From NCBI GenBank assembly GCA_002633005.1, contig NMRA01000672.1, positions 1 to 64,000 on the forward strand: a stretch of 64,000 bases of DNA, in the 5' to 3' direction. The notes beneath the pieces were generated by a model. The model made no database searches. It saw only the letters and a program-made list of their open reading frames with translations, and had not been told where the DNA came from. A program made the translations under genes and the position numbers. Source of the DNA: Phoronis australis. Taxonomy: Eukaryota; Animalia; Phoronida. Below, one piece after another: positions 11,746-26,700 of the stretch (the stretch's first letter is position 1; each line of letters starts with the position of its first letter).

Positions 11746-14700
11746 CTGGAACAAAGATGACATGAACCTGTGATGCACGCATTAATTCACAAGTAACCAT
11801 AGGCCAATAGAAAAATATAGAACACATTATGTTACTAAACCATGAAGTAAAGGGCATTCCTACTTGAATATCTATGGTACATATTATCATCTGACTAGTG
11901 GATCTCAGGACTGCAGCTTCCCCGAATTGAAACACGCAAAGGAAAAAAATCCCCAATGTAGCACGTGTATTCTGTCAGCAGCTCCCACAGCGTAGCCCTA
12001 TCACTGAGTACATTAGTCTGTCGACAGGTGTTAACTCAAAACGTTTAAAACTTCTGCAATTATTATAGCAACATCTAATCGGAATGAATTAATGCTAAAA
12101 AATGAAGATTTGCTTAAAATGCCCAATTTTTGGGCACATTAGACAAAAAACAAGAGGCTATATTTTGTTATCTTCACCTTGTATCTGGATCACGGATGTA
12201 GTTCGTGGGGCAGGGCGTATGAATACACTCAAAGTCACCCCTCTTGTTGAAGCACAGGCTGTCAGGACCACACTGCACATTCTGTTCCTTACACTCATCA
12301 ATATCTGAAAGTTAACACCAAATATAGCGTCAACAAAAATCAATCAAAATTGTACTTTGGTACAGTTATGCCAAAAATTGTATGATGACATTTGGTTTAC
12401 TTCAAAATCCAAGTGCTGCCGGGTGGTTTTGGTACTTGGCACATCCCAGGGGCGGATCCTGGATTTTGCGTTGGGGGGCCAGGGCAGAGAATAGCCAGGA
12501 TTTTGCCCGTCAAACAATCAAACACCCGCACTGCCAAACGGAATCTGGGAGAATTTTAGGGGGGCCATGACCCCCTTCCCCCCCCTTAAATTCGCCACTG
12601 CACCCAGCAGAATTAATGAGGAACGTGGCAACATTAAACAAACATTTCGGGTTGTAAAAATCGCATTTCTTGTCCAATTTTCAAAATTCAAATAACTAAT
12701 CACTTTTACTTTCCATGAACTATTCACATATGCTATACACAAACTTTCAAAATGAGACTTTTAAAAATACTAATGCCACCCCCAGAGTGTTTACGGTGGA
12801 TCTGAGAATAATAACATCAACAGCCTGAGGCGATGTAATTCACAGCATGGCGTGTTTGATCAATGCTGGTAGATTCCGAGCTACGCAATCGGTTTACAAT
12901 GGTTTACCTTAGTTTGCATGGAGGAAGATTATATATTGACAAATAGTTTCTTAAAATGTTCTTTTACCCTACAGAGATGTAAAAAATATGCCATGATCAA
13001 CGATGCCTTTCAAATATTTTGTAGCAGAGCAAACTTTTGGTTTTGGAGAGTTAAAAAAACTGGGGGATTCTCCCATTGGAGGGATTCGCAGAGTTGCACC
13101 AGTTACTCAGGGGAACTTTGCCTTCTCAGGAGCTAGGCTTGACATCATTGGCAAATATCAGCGAAAGTGGTACTGTCCTGGGTGGAATTTCTTCATCGTT
13201 TGGTAATTGTCTCGGGTATCCAAATTTCATGTTTCTCAGGCATTGCATTGGTCGGGCTTACAGAGGCGCCCCCTACCCACGTAAGCATTCATTAACAGCC
13301 TGGGGTCCCATCCTGTTTCATATTGCCTCGTGTAGTATTGTCCACTTACCTACACACGTGCGCCCGTTGGGGGCCAGTCTGTAACCCCGAGGACAAGAAC
13401 ACCTGTACGAGCCTCGTGTGTTCTCACAATTGTGTTGACAGATTCCTTGCTGCAAACACTCGTTTTGGTCTGAAAGTGAATTTATTATAAACAATCTGAT
13501 CAAAATGTGTATTCAAAGTTGCACAGAAGTGAATAACTGAGCTCATATCAATGTATTCTGATCAGAGAATAACATCTAAAGATACATGGGAAAAAATTAA
13601 AATGTCAAAAGACATTCTCTCCATATTTATGTACTCAGGCCAATTTCTTTGACCGCGATGAATTTGCATGCACCAAACCAATGTCGGGACGAATTACTTT
13701 TTATCAGCATTGTGACCAAATTAAACATCATTATTTGGAAGACCACGACAAAAAGATCAAGAAATTGAATTGCAAAAAAAAACGTTTTTAAAAGGATTCC
13801 GAGTTATACTTTCACAAAACCACAAGCTAAAGCATGCAGAAGTTAACAGCATATGATCAATATTGTTTTATTACCCATGTAGACTGTGAATAGCCAAGCC
13901 CAAAACAACAAGCCAATCGCATATGATTAAGTCATGTCATTATTTCAATAGTTATAGTCAGAGAGATCGGTTATATGTTAAAAACGTGGTTCCATAATGG
14001 GATTAAAGAAATGTATCGTGAGCTTGGAAAGGAGGTTATAAGTGGAATTGGAGAAATTGGAAAATAAGAAAAAGGTAGGCAAATTATAATAGGGTAAAAC
14101 TAATATCACACGTTAATACCATGCAGGCAAATGGTGAAACGGTGGGATTCTAGTGGTTACACTCCTCACAGTGCCGTAAATGTGAGTCTTCTGTGTGCTA
14201 CATTTGGAAGCCATCAAGAAAAATTCTGCCATATTGTCAAGGGTATAATAACTGGGTATACTACGTTTCAATGCAGGAGTTCAGTATTGTCTCAACAAGC
14301 AGTAACTGTCAACGCTCAAGGAAACTTCAGTGTAATATCTAACTGAGCCATATTCTACACCAAGCCGATTGCTATGTTAAAATCCAAATTCAACGAAATT
14401 CCTATGATGTCATTGCGTTCATTTACGTGGCGCTGTTTCATACCTATGCATTCGCCATTCTGGAGTATAAAACCCCGAGCACATCGGACCCTATCACGCC
14501 GTGAATCACGTAAGGGCGAGTAGTTTGGGTCAGCTTCAATGATCTCCAATCCTACAAGACATCCGCCATCTTCATGTTGTTTCAACAAAATTGTTGAGTG
14601 ACATGCCAAGAAAAATCTTCATCATTTTGGATCGTAGCAAACAAAATTTCGTTTAAATCAAAATTTAGGTTTCAGAACAATAAAATGAATATTGAGAAAT

Positions 14701-17700
14701 AGAATTCTTGTCCATTGTTTCATATTGTATGATCTGACTTTTTCTAATCGAAAAACCACTTTACTTTAAAATATTATTTGAATTGTTTGGGAAATAAACT
14801 TTTAAAAACAACTGTGTTAAGAATGGAGGAATTTCGAAAATATGACAAAATCAAAATTATGCTAACCAGCACAGGAGCGGCCGTCTGACAGCAGTTTCTG
14901 GCCATAAGGACAGATACATTCGAATGAGCCAATCAGATTGCGACACATGTAGGCACAGGGTTTACGTTGGCACTCATCCACATCTGTAGGTTAGTAAGGC
15001 AGAGAATGAAGGAGTGAAATGATATAACAAGCAGTCTCACTCAGATAAATAACACACGGTAATTCTTCAACTATTTAGCATGTCGCGACGGAAATGGGAA
15101 TTTTGTTTCATTGATTTTTTAAAAATGGCCTTTTGCAAATTGTTTTTGAGCAAAATACTAGATGAATTACCGTATCATGCATACAAAGACCAGTTATGTA
15201 CCAGTTAATGCAGACACAAGGAAGAAAGTTTGTCTCCATAGTTATAATATCAAACTATGATTATTAATCAAAATACAAAAAATATGGGAATGGTCTTCAA
15301 ATTGCAGAAATGCCATGTAAATAAGAACTCAACAAAAAACTGTGACAGTAAGAAAGACAATCCTCAAACATTTGCAACAAATTATGAATTGATGATGTTT
15401 TATCATGTGAGAGCGCGTTAACAGGTTCTTAGAATAGGTACTCGAGTATTTACAAAGGAACGCAATTGTCAACCATAATTCTGCATAAGACAGCCGAGAT
15501 GACAATTAGCTGTTTTCTATGACTATTAACAACAATGGACGAACATTTATAATCCCAAATTTTTCCACAGATTAAAGTGTTAAGAAACATGAAATTATGG
15601 TAGACAAAAGATTTAAAATCATAAAAGAGACATGCATAATAAAACAGAACCTAGACAGGTAACCATGACTACTAGAAATTATCATGCACTTTGTAGATCC
15701 GCGAAAACGTCATTCCGGACATATTCACAAAACCTACATCTGACAGTGAATTGTGGGTAAATGCAAACACAACATCATACACACACGTGACTAACTTGAA
15801 AAGTGACTATTATAAAGTACCATATAAATGGACAAAATGCCGTGAGGCTGGTCTTGAGCGGGTAAGAGCTTCGCAAATGTCTTCAAATTTTACAGAGGTT
15901 GTAAATCTGCCAGCTGTCTCCACATACAATAGGCTTTTTGAATTTGACAAAGTTTAATAAATGCCAAAAGTTCCAAGCAGTTACTCCATAGAGGCCTCTC
16001 TCTCTCTACAGTTAGTTTCTTTGTGTTTTGACTTAGCATGTATCTATTGCGTAACACATGCAGTCAACTGCTCACTTCCAATGTATAGTTAACCCTTATC
16101 ACACTAAAGACAAAGTGAACTGCTCAGAACGTTTGGTTTTCATTACACTTTGTATCGTCTACACTTATCTGTTTCATATATCATTACCTTTAAGTATTAC
16201 CTTTAAGTATTCAAATTGTGCTGAATTAAAGGGTGATTCCAAAAGCAAACCCATAAAATCCTTGGGCTTGTTTTGGTAAAATATTGTAACTTTACAATGT
16301 TTTTATATGGAATTTAATGAAGACTTACAACCAATCTTAATTTTTACATAAGTCTCCATTTAGATTCTGTGTAAACAAAACAATGCAATTTAAAAGTAAA
16401 TGTCTTAGGTCCCAGAATTCCAATTCTTTAAGAACACATAATCCATAAAGAGAAGTTTAACTCTGCAAAAAAAAACATAGGATACAATAAAATTTGGTTC
16501 ATCCTGTACAACTCTGACTGAAGACTCACCGACACACGGCTGTCCAACTGCAGTTGTCGTATACCCTCTGGGACACGAACACGAGTAGCCACCGTACGAG
16601 TTGATGCACTGCTGCGTGTAGTGACACCTGTTGCCACCCACCTGACACTCATTGATATCTAAAACAATGTAAAAACTAGTCATAAGCTGTATCAACTTCC
16701 TTCATTAGAAAAAATCTGTAGACCAAGTGGTAAATGCAGGGCTTGGAATGACCAATGACAAAAAAGATAACAATTTTCCATGTGTTGTATCATTCCACAA
16801 ATACATAGGCTTGGGTGATAGTTGTAAGATTTAACCGATATAAACTTTTGGGCATGAATAAAATCTAAATAATGATAACAGGAGACAAAAAGAGGAAAAC
16901 TGGAAATCAAATAAGAGGAAATCGAAACCAAAAAAGAGAAAATCTTCCTGAAAGAGGAAAATTCCGAAGCGTCTGCCAGTGAACTACACAATGTTCATGT
17001 TTCACTAATCCCCCACACCCAATTTTTTAAGAAAACACAATATGTTAAAATTTAACTTGAATCTGGTTAGCCATTTCTGAGACATAATATTCCAACATAA
17101 TGCTCACCACTTGATTTTTTTAAATTCAAACGTTTTTCCATTTAAACACACTGGGGGTTAAAAGAAACATAAGGTTAATTGTCCTGAAGAAAAGACCTCT
17201 CAAAAACAAATTGCTAACTCATTCATCTAATCCTAACTTGTGATTGTTTAAAGTACGACCACTGTCTTGTTAATTCAATATTTTATCCAATTTGATGAAC
17301 TGCACAGTAAACTTAACAGTAGGTTGTTAATTCTTGCCTCAAAATAGTAACAGTAATTCTTGACCTATTCAGCACATAATGTGGCGAAAAAGTGATTTTT
17401 GACATTTTTTCATAAAAACAAAGATTAAAACATTTTAGTCCATTGTTAACTTAGTTTACACTGTGTACATGTCTTGAAGCAATATTCGGTAAATTTTCCA
17501 TTATTTGCAGTAACGTAATCACCAATTGTTTTTGTGAGAAATACGGTGAGTGGAAATTTACCATTATACTTTTTCTACCCGAGAAACATTCCAAAATGAA
17601 ACTGCGTATAGTGAGGCATATGTAAAAAACAATTACTTGGCATATTAACATCCGAAAAATGATTTGTTATAAGACGACACTTACCTACACAAGACCCATT

Positions 17701-20700
17701 CAAAGCCTTAGTGAAGCCCTCTCTGCAGGCACGCACACACTCATAACTTCCTGGTAGGTTTCGACAGTTCTGATCAGGCAGGCAACTGTGTGTTCTGTCC
17801 GTGCACTCATTGACATCTGAAAGCAGACATTTGAAGAGTGTTCATTGGATATACTGCTCTACAGTGATTTTAACATTCAAGTACTTAAACGCCATCCTTT
17901 AAAAAAGTTTTGAACTCAAATATCACCATGGAAAAAGTTCTCTAGTTTTGGTGAGTTTCTAAAATTTGGGACACACACGGTGAAATTGAACTTGCGTTTT
18001 GTACCAACAATTCAAAAATAGACATGGCAATTCATAAAATCGTCGAAAACAGCTACCAAAGCACGTGCAATGAATTTATGTATTCTGAATACTGTGTAAC
18101 ATTGAGATGAATCATTGTTTGACACAGGTCGTCATTCATGAATTTGGGCGACCAATAACGCCTATTTCTACAATTTGGTACAAGCTATGACCTTTAGCAA
18201 AATTATTTATTATTCACTGTCATAAACTCGTAAAAGTTTACCATACTGACCAATATAAAACTGGCCTCAACTTCGTCCTTATTCAGATTAGAGATAACTT
18301 CTGGGTTTGGGGAACTGAGTGTTAAGCCAACAGTCATTGTTTCAGAAAGCAGACTCGACAAGTAGGCTTAAAATATGCACCGAGAAAGGTGTCAAGCAAT
18401 AACAAACTTTATTCCCAAGCCTAGAAAAAGAAGCCGGAACCAGTCGTACAGAGCGTTGAAAATCTTCATCAACTCTTTTATGAAACACGAATGCACATCA
18501 ACTTTAATTATAATTTATACAGTGTGACATGCTTTATGAAAACGAACAAAATGTTATATTATAAACTTGATTTATGGGCTGCTGACTACTATTATAAACT
18601 TGATTTATGGGCTGCTGACTACAATATCTAGGGCTTCACTTGACTGTTGTCCAATTCACAACTTCGTTCAAATTCTTGGGTTTAGTAAGTCTTTGATAAC
18701 TGGACAAAAAGAGGAAACTTGTAAAAAAGGCATTACCTCTGCACACGCCATTGCTAAGCAACCTGTACCCTGACGGGCATGAGCACTGGTAACTTCCTGG
18801 TGTGTTGGTACACGTGTGACTGCATGGTGAGGCCCGGCACTCATCAATGTCTGGAAACACAAAGTATATAATTCTTTGTTTAAATTTCCAAATTCCATAA
18901 TGCACTGTTTAAAATGATCACCAATATGTTAAATAAAAGAAATCATTAGCAAGACAGCTATCATGCCATTACAAATGCCTCTTGTTTTGCCTGAATTCTT
19001 GACGCAAGCGGTTTTCAATCTGGTCGACTGGTAAACATTCAGAGTAGTCTATTGGTCAGCACCATGCACGTTGATACACATACCAATTATCAACCACTCT
19101 TCAAAGAGTTACTATTGAGGACATTGCTAACGTGGCGATTGCTCTGCTCCACACCAAAAGTATGTTATACCAACCTTCTCGATAATGTGGGCAATTGGTA
19201 CATAACGGGTTTTGTATTTATCTATTGCCAAACTATAAGGTAACATAGAAAGAGCAGTGCATCTAATGCAAGTGCGTGTTACATAAACATAATCATAAAA
19301 TGCCAAATTTGTCAAATAGGATAAAAAGCTAAAAACAACAGGGCTCTCCCGGATTACACGGCGATAGAACTCTCCTTTGTCCAGCAGACAAGAAAGCGCG
19401 TGACCTAGTTTTGGAAATTAGGCACATTTCCATGTCTCTCATTGATGTCAGGAAGGCAAAGAATTTCAGATCACGTATCCACGGGTACTTGTCCAGTTTA
19501 TTAAACTCTTTTACGTCAGACTTGCCGCTCACAACACAGCAGTAATACTTCATTGGCAATGGAAGGATAAATAAAGGAATGCAACCGAAAAAACTTGTAA
19601 AGAGTCAGACAGCAACAAAAAACATGTACAGCAAAATTAATGTGCCTGACGGATAATTACGGCATAGCGAGTAAGTACTGCAAGATTTGAGCGTCGCTGT
19701 AATCTGGACGGCCCTATTGCATCGTAGTCATAAAGATTTCACAAATTTTAACCATTTACTTTGCCAAATGGCATTTCTTGTCAGCTCCAACAAAGGTTGA
19801 AGTCATAATATGAGAATTTCATTTTACAAGAACACTGTCAGACACTCATTTCCAGGACTACCATTTAACCTTGCGCTGGCTATAAAAACCAACTCTCATG
19901 AACTCGCGAATTATGAAAGACCAGACTCGGTTATCGCAAATCTGATGTTACCTTGGCATTTGGTCCTGCCCACCAAAGTGAAGCCCCGCCTACATGTACA
20001 CCTGAATCCACCAATCAGATTGTGGCATTGGTGTTCACAGATGCCTGTTTGCTCTCTGCACTCATTGATATCTAGAAGAAAACAAATTGAGATAATATGT
20101 AATTTTAAAGGTGAAACCTATTTTGAACGTGGATCATTGGACAGTTGATGTCAAGCTACTCACATCCACTACATGGAAAAATTAAAAGACCTGGGCAATA
20201 ACAGCTACTGAGGTCGTAAAAATTTCAAAATTCAAAGTATAAATAATGATAACTAAAACCACAACACGATCTATAAAGAAGTATAACAATTAACACAGTC
20301 ATTCTTCAATAAAACGTGATTTCTCAAAAGTCTCAAAATTTGCCCAATTCAATTAAAAGTGGGTGCAATAGAAAGATTTTGTAATGGTGATTTCAATTCA
20401 AAATAGAATTTCTCATAGTACCACTTTAATTAGCTGTAATTACCTTTCAAAATCAACCTCCCATGGGACGTTTGAGTGTCGTGAGGCAGGTTTCTTACAG
20501 TATATTCTGTAAGCCTTAAAACATACCTTGACACCTGAGTTTATCTGGTGTCCTCTTGTAGCCCTGTCCACATCTGGCAATGCACTTATACGATCCGACC
20601 GTGTTCAGGCAGTCTTGACTGGGGTGACACCTGGCGGCTCCGGTCTCACACTCATTCAAATCTGCAAGATAGGTGTTAACACATGAAATATGGCTCACTG

Positions 20701-23700
20701 CTAAAACAGCAGTAAAAAAAAACAGGACTGACTTTTATTCCTAAACTTTCATTAAGGCAGTACTTCATTGAAGTCTGGTGAAATGCATCAGATCAAGATG
20801 CCATGAGAATACCATTTACAGACCTTGCTACACCAAGACTAGTCTAGACGAGGTGCTTTACCCCTGCCAAGTAAGCAAGTCAAGAGTATTCATAAAGACA
20901 GGCCCAAGTTAAGTGAGCCTGTAAATCTTTCAATTATAAGCATAGAAAAATCAGGGACCCCAACTGGGAATCGAACCACAGGTCTCTAGATTGACCCTCT
21001 AGTGCTCTTACCACTCTTAAATCTTTGTTAGAGACTACTGTGCCTGTAATTATTTCCAGCAGATTAAGTTTACTGCATTGGAAACACAAGAGGCATCATG
21101 GTAATGCACTGTCTGCAGGCGATTGGAGTGAGTGAGGTGTCATTTGTAAACGCAATATACAAGTCATGAACATATGATGACAAATACATGTGGAGTTTGG
21201 ACAATACTGTCATGCCTTCAACTAATCAATTTTTTCCAAAATTCTAACTGAACTCATAGTCAATGACCATAAATAGCAAAAATCATTTATATGTCATCCT
21301 CTTTCACTCATAACCCAAAATGGCCAAATTGCAATCTTAGAGAATAATACTGAATATGCAATTATCACTGATTTGAGTGGACTAGTCCGTGAAAAAATCG
21401 AAGACATGAAAAAAATGGGCACATTTTCTCTAACGCCATCAGCTTATTGTGCACAGGTATGAAATTGCATGTCGTCTGCCGAACTAAGACCTGTTAAAAA
21501 ATTGCAATCATGCCATGCAGGTGAGCTGGTTACTTGGAACAGTCTATCACAACAAAATTACATTACAGTATGACCTATAACACAGTTCGTTACCTTTGCA
21601 CGTGCGTCCGTCCATATCCAGGGTCATGCCAGCTGGGCACGAGCAGTAGAAGCTTCCTTCACCGTTGTGACAAAAGTGTGAGCAAGGACTGAGTCGCGCA
21701 CACTCATTATCGTCAGCACAGAATGGTCCTGATGGATCGAGCAGGAACCCATTTGGACACTGGTTACTGGGCTCTCCTGTTTAAATACGCAAGATATACG
21801 AAAATGTCCTAATACAGAAGCATAACGACAAAAAGCCGAGGAACTACACAATTCTGTAAGAGTCCCATCTTGCAGTTCTTATTTTAAATTTAGAACAATA
21901 TTCAAACACCCCGTTAATCTTAAACATTTCCAGATAATTTCAGTGTTTTCTTATCATGTGACTTTCACCACGAGGGAACATAGTCGGGCAATTTTTTTAT
22001 GTGAAGTATATTTTGTGAAAAGCCATTCACGTGATATTAGCAGAATCACCACGATGCCCCCATAATCACCACGGTGCTCTCATAATCACCGTGGTAATTT
22101 TAAAAAAGCACGGCGCCGATTCTGCTGATTGTAAAGACCTTGGCTTTACACTAAGTCTTATACATTGATTTGGTATTTGTTATCACATAGCTATACTTGT
22201 ACAGAAGACAATTATACAAAAATTTATATGGAAAAGGCAGTTTTCCGTGAACTGAAAAGGAATGTTATACGTCCCAAAAATACAGATATGTATCTATGGA
22301 ACTCCAAACATACAAGAAGAATGGAAAACAGGTAAGGATAAATCCAAGACTTGTGGCATCTTTGACAAGACAGGAAACAAGTGCCATGAGACGTGTCTCA
22401 AAACGGTTCTTGCCCATCTCAGCCTCACCACATACTCAACACACTGGTTACCTTTAGCAATGGTGGCTGCGACCTGGTACTGCAGCTCTTGACCTCTGGG
22501 GTCATAGGTCACCTTCAGGCTGTCAGCCTCCAGCCTCTGCACTAGGTAGGGCATTTTGCCGTGGGACTGATCGTAGCGTATTGTGTGGTTCCATGCATAT
22601 GGGAAAATGTTGCCGTTCACTTGGAACATTCTAGAACTCTGTGAGTAGAGCGTGCCTGCAACCAGAGGAGCAACAAAATCGAGGGACATTTTTTAGTGTG
22701 AAAGATCCCAGTCCGTCTGCCACATAACAAGACAGGAACGCTATAAAAAGCATTCTGGAAGTCTGTTTGTGACCACAGATGGCGCCAGCAGCAAGACTGG
22801 CCAACAAGACAGCAAGCTAGCAAGCTAGTCAAATAAACACATCTGACATTTTATTTTGTATCCAATTAATGTACAACAAATTTCCACACACACAGACTGG
22901 GGAATAACAAAAAGGCCTCACATGTAACAGACTGGTGTACTGAACTACAGTAAGATATTCAAAATGGCTGCCAAATAAAAAGTTGTCCTAAAACACAGAT
23001 AGCCTTACAAAAAATACAAAACAAATTATTTCAACAAATTCCTGTCACTACAAACTTTCAGTTTTGTCTGCATAATTGCGCAGCTGTACACATTCACATT
23101 TTTTTAGGAGAAAAATATTTAGAAAATCACAAAAGTGGCAAGCCCTTCCATAATTTCACTACTTAAAAATTCAGTCGCCAGTTATCTCAATCTGAAACCG
23201 AAGCTATCTTGGTAAGGCAAATATTTAAGTCTCGTTCTCATCAGCATATTTTGAGTCTTACGTAGGGGAGGAGGTATTATAGTTTCAATCGTCTCTATGT
23301 CATCCTCATTGCATACCTGGTCCAGTCTGGACGTAAAGTTCTGTGTAGGGGTCCACTTCGATGTTAGACTGAGGGGGTAAGATAGGGACCCTGCCGTTGA
23401 CGATGATATCCATGTCTAGAGTTCCATCCGAGCTCATGCCTCGGGCAATGTGCGTCATTTTGAGGATTTCACCTGCACAAACAGAAAACGGATGTGAAAA
23501 GAACAATACTGCAAGCCTCAAGCAAGAACGGCATGTTTACATATTGTTTCTTGTGATCGAATTCAGAGGTACACAGAATGTGATGCACAGAAAGGTGATC
23601 ATTCATTTGTATCAAATTATTGTAACTCTTAATAAATGCACAAAACACTCATGGCAGATTACTCAATTATGGGCCCATTTTCGGTGTTAGAATCAAGTTA

Positions 23701-26700
23701 TTGGGACAATCCTTAAACAACCTCTACACAAGGGTTGTCGATAAAAAAATTATTCATAGAAGCCCAGCAAGTATGAGATTTATCATCTTATTTTCCAAGC
23801 TGTAACCCCCATCAAAAATAGTGGAATAACCCAGGAATAAATCCAGTGCTCTACATGACACCATTCTTTCACCAAAGTTTAGTGTTAGTCCACACACCTG
23901 TAGCAAACTCCACCTGCACTTCACGCCTGAAGTTGGCCTTAGTCAGAGTGTACCCGTTGACCGCCTCACCGATTTCTCGAGCAGTCGTCCAGTAGACGGG
24001 GCTCAGAATGGACACCAGGTGGCGCATGTTGGGACCTGCAGAAGTTATCAAGAATTAAGCATTCTCTTCCTTCATTATCATAAAGTAACCAAAAGATTGT
24101 GATGTCTTCTTATACTTCGGGCATTATAGTTGAAATGAATGATGCATGGTAAATAGACATGCTCCCTTCAGCTTGTTCTGAGGTTACGAATAAACAAAAA
24201 GATTATAAACAAATCAAAATGAAAAAGCATGTATGGTAAAAATTCTCCAGTTTCAGACGGAGTTTGTACCAAAATTCAGAAACAGGCAATGCTGGCCGTC
24301 TCAAACTCAAGAATAACGATCGCTGACAAACCTCTGAGAGCACACAAATGAATTACGTCAGTGTCAATTTCTACTATTTAAGGAAATGCACAGACACTAT
24401 TTTCATATCCTGTTGATGCAAAACGCAGTTTCTAATATTGAAAAATATGACGAACTCCAAAACTTTCCATATCCCAATCATCAGAATCAACTGAAGAAAT
24501 TTAAACTTTGGCTTGAATTTCGGTATCTCAAATTTTAGAGAACGCCCCAAATTGGAGAATTTTTAGCATATTATATTGAATTGTTGAAAAAATCAAAGAA
24601 GGCTGATAATTACCTACTCACCTCCTTCAAAAAATTTTTACACTCAACAGACACAACTAAATTCTTAGAAAATTTCATGTAATTATTCGTTATAGTATTT
24701 TTGTACCATGTCTACTATTCAATAGTAATTGTGATTGTTTCATAACACAGAATTACATAGTCATTCTTGTGCAACCCAGAATTACATAGTCATGCATGTA
24801 ATGTCTTCAGCTTGTGGGTGGACACTTGTGATATTTCACATATAATATAAAAATAAAAATAATTTCAGGCGGTCTGGTAGATGTTGTGCCAGTTGTGTGC
24901 AGGCCCCTCAGGGGGCGCACCGATCGCCTGGAACCATTTTATGCCTAATACATCGTTAAAACCGAGCTGACCAGCTGGAGACCAAACTCAAGGGTCATGA
25001 ACCCACGACCTTGAGTAAAGGAAGTAGACACTTATCCTACTAAGCAGGGGGCGGATCCAGGATTTTGAGTTAGGAGGGGCCACGTCAGAGTAATAGCTGA
25101 GATTTTGCCATCAGACACTCCCAACCATAACGTAAAATTGTCGTGAGGACTTGACAGGGACCTCAGGGGTCTCGCACTCCACTGATTTATACACATTATT
25201 TTGACAACGCTTTGCCCAGTCACACATTGTGTGTCATAAAAGAGATAAGCATACCAGCAGCTGACGCAGCAAGTAGAACTACTCTCGGTAATCACATTGG
25301 TGTAGACTCACAGTTGAACTGTGGTTTTCTGTAGACCCCAGACCGTCCCGAGTTGCACCATATACCAACTCTGGACGGTCTCTCACGACGATTAGTTATG
25401 CCCAAACTGCCAAATGTAATCCATGGCCCTCTTGGCCCCCATCTAAGTCCGCCACTGCTAAGCCACACTGCCTCCTCTACTTTCAGATATTGTTAGATAG
25501 ATGAAATAAACAGTTAAAAAATACTAATCAGTCTGGAACAGGTGGTCACATGACATTTACCTATAGCCAATGGGATGTTAGGCAGCTTGGCCTGGACCAT
25601 AGCGCCCTTCGGCGTCTCCGTCACTGTCGCTGTCAGCGTGGTTGGACCAAACCCGACGCCATTGATGATGCCCACCACCTGAGCTGTGGCGGTCTCTGGT
25701 GTTTGTTCTGGAAAGCGTTACCAGAATTACGACATGCACTCAACTTGATACCAAATTATTGATTTCCAACACTTGCAGTACAGTCATTTTCTGCCTTTTT
25801 ATTGAAAAGAAAAACAGAACATTGTAGCTGGTTTTATAAGGCTCATAAAGCAGGCGCAGATGTCTGTATGGGATTTGGTAGAGGGTTATAAAATTCTACG
25901 GTAAAAATTTTTGACTATTTTGGCAAAAATGTGATATAGAATGGATTAGAAGTAATCAAATGACCAGGAAGAGCAAACAGGCCAGTTTCGAAAGAATAAG
26001 AGACATTAATGCAGAAATTGTCTGAAGAAATTTTTGCTACAAATCTAAAAATGATTGTACTAACAGTTTGTTGTTCTAGAGATCGGACTGTGTCACCAAA
26101 CAAGCGAAGGCTTTAGCAAAGCGGGGCAGGCAAGGTTCTGTTAGTAAGTAAAAGAATATGGATTAATTCCTATGCTATGTACTTGGCAACAAACTCTATA
26201 TATTCTACAGAAAAATACAGAAAACGGACAATAAAAGCTGAATAATTGACAAATAATTGACTATTTAGCAGACTCTGAGGATGAAATGAAATGTATAAGC
26301 TACCATGCAGTCTAACTACGCCCCCTGTTGGCGGATTGAGCATGCTGTCAATGGCTTGTCTGCTTTGGCCAGAGGTCGCAGAGTGCACAAGCATGCTGGT
26401 CTAATACCTGAAAGACACAAACAGTAATAAAACCAGTCATGTTAGTTGAAATAATAAGAACACCAACTAAATGAATGTACACAAAAACAATAACATCGAT
26501 TTTGTAAGCAGCAAGATTTTGAAGAAATATTCAGCCTTTGAAAGGCTAATGAAGCTTTTGGCTTATAGAGAAGCGTTGGCCTGAAGATCATGCCAGAATC
26601 ATGGATTCACCAAACAGTACCAGGACAAATGGCATCACTAAGTGGCGTTCCTAGTTCATATTGTCTACACAGCACATATACAATGGTGGTGACACGGCAC

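Noticed and set aside
20955-21016. Functional tRNA-Asp(GTC) gene on minus strand
   Set aside because: 5' acceptor strand and start of the D arm are missing, and the anticodon loop lacks U33; better explained as a SINE or pseudogene fragment
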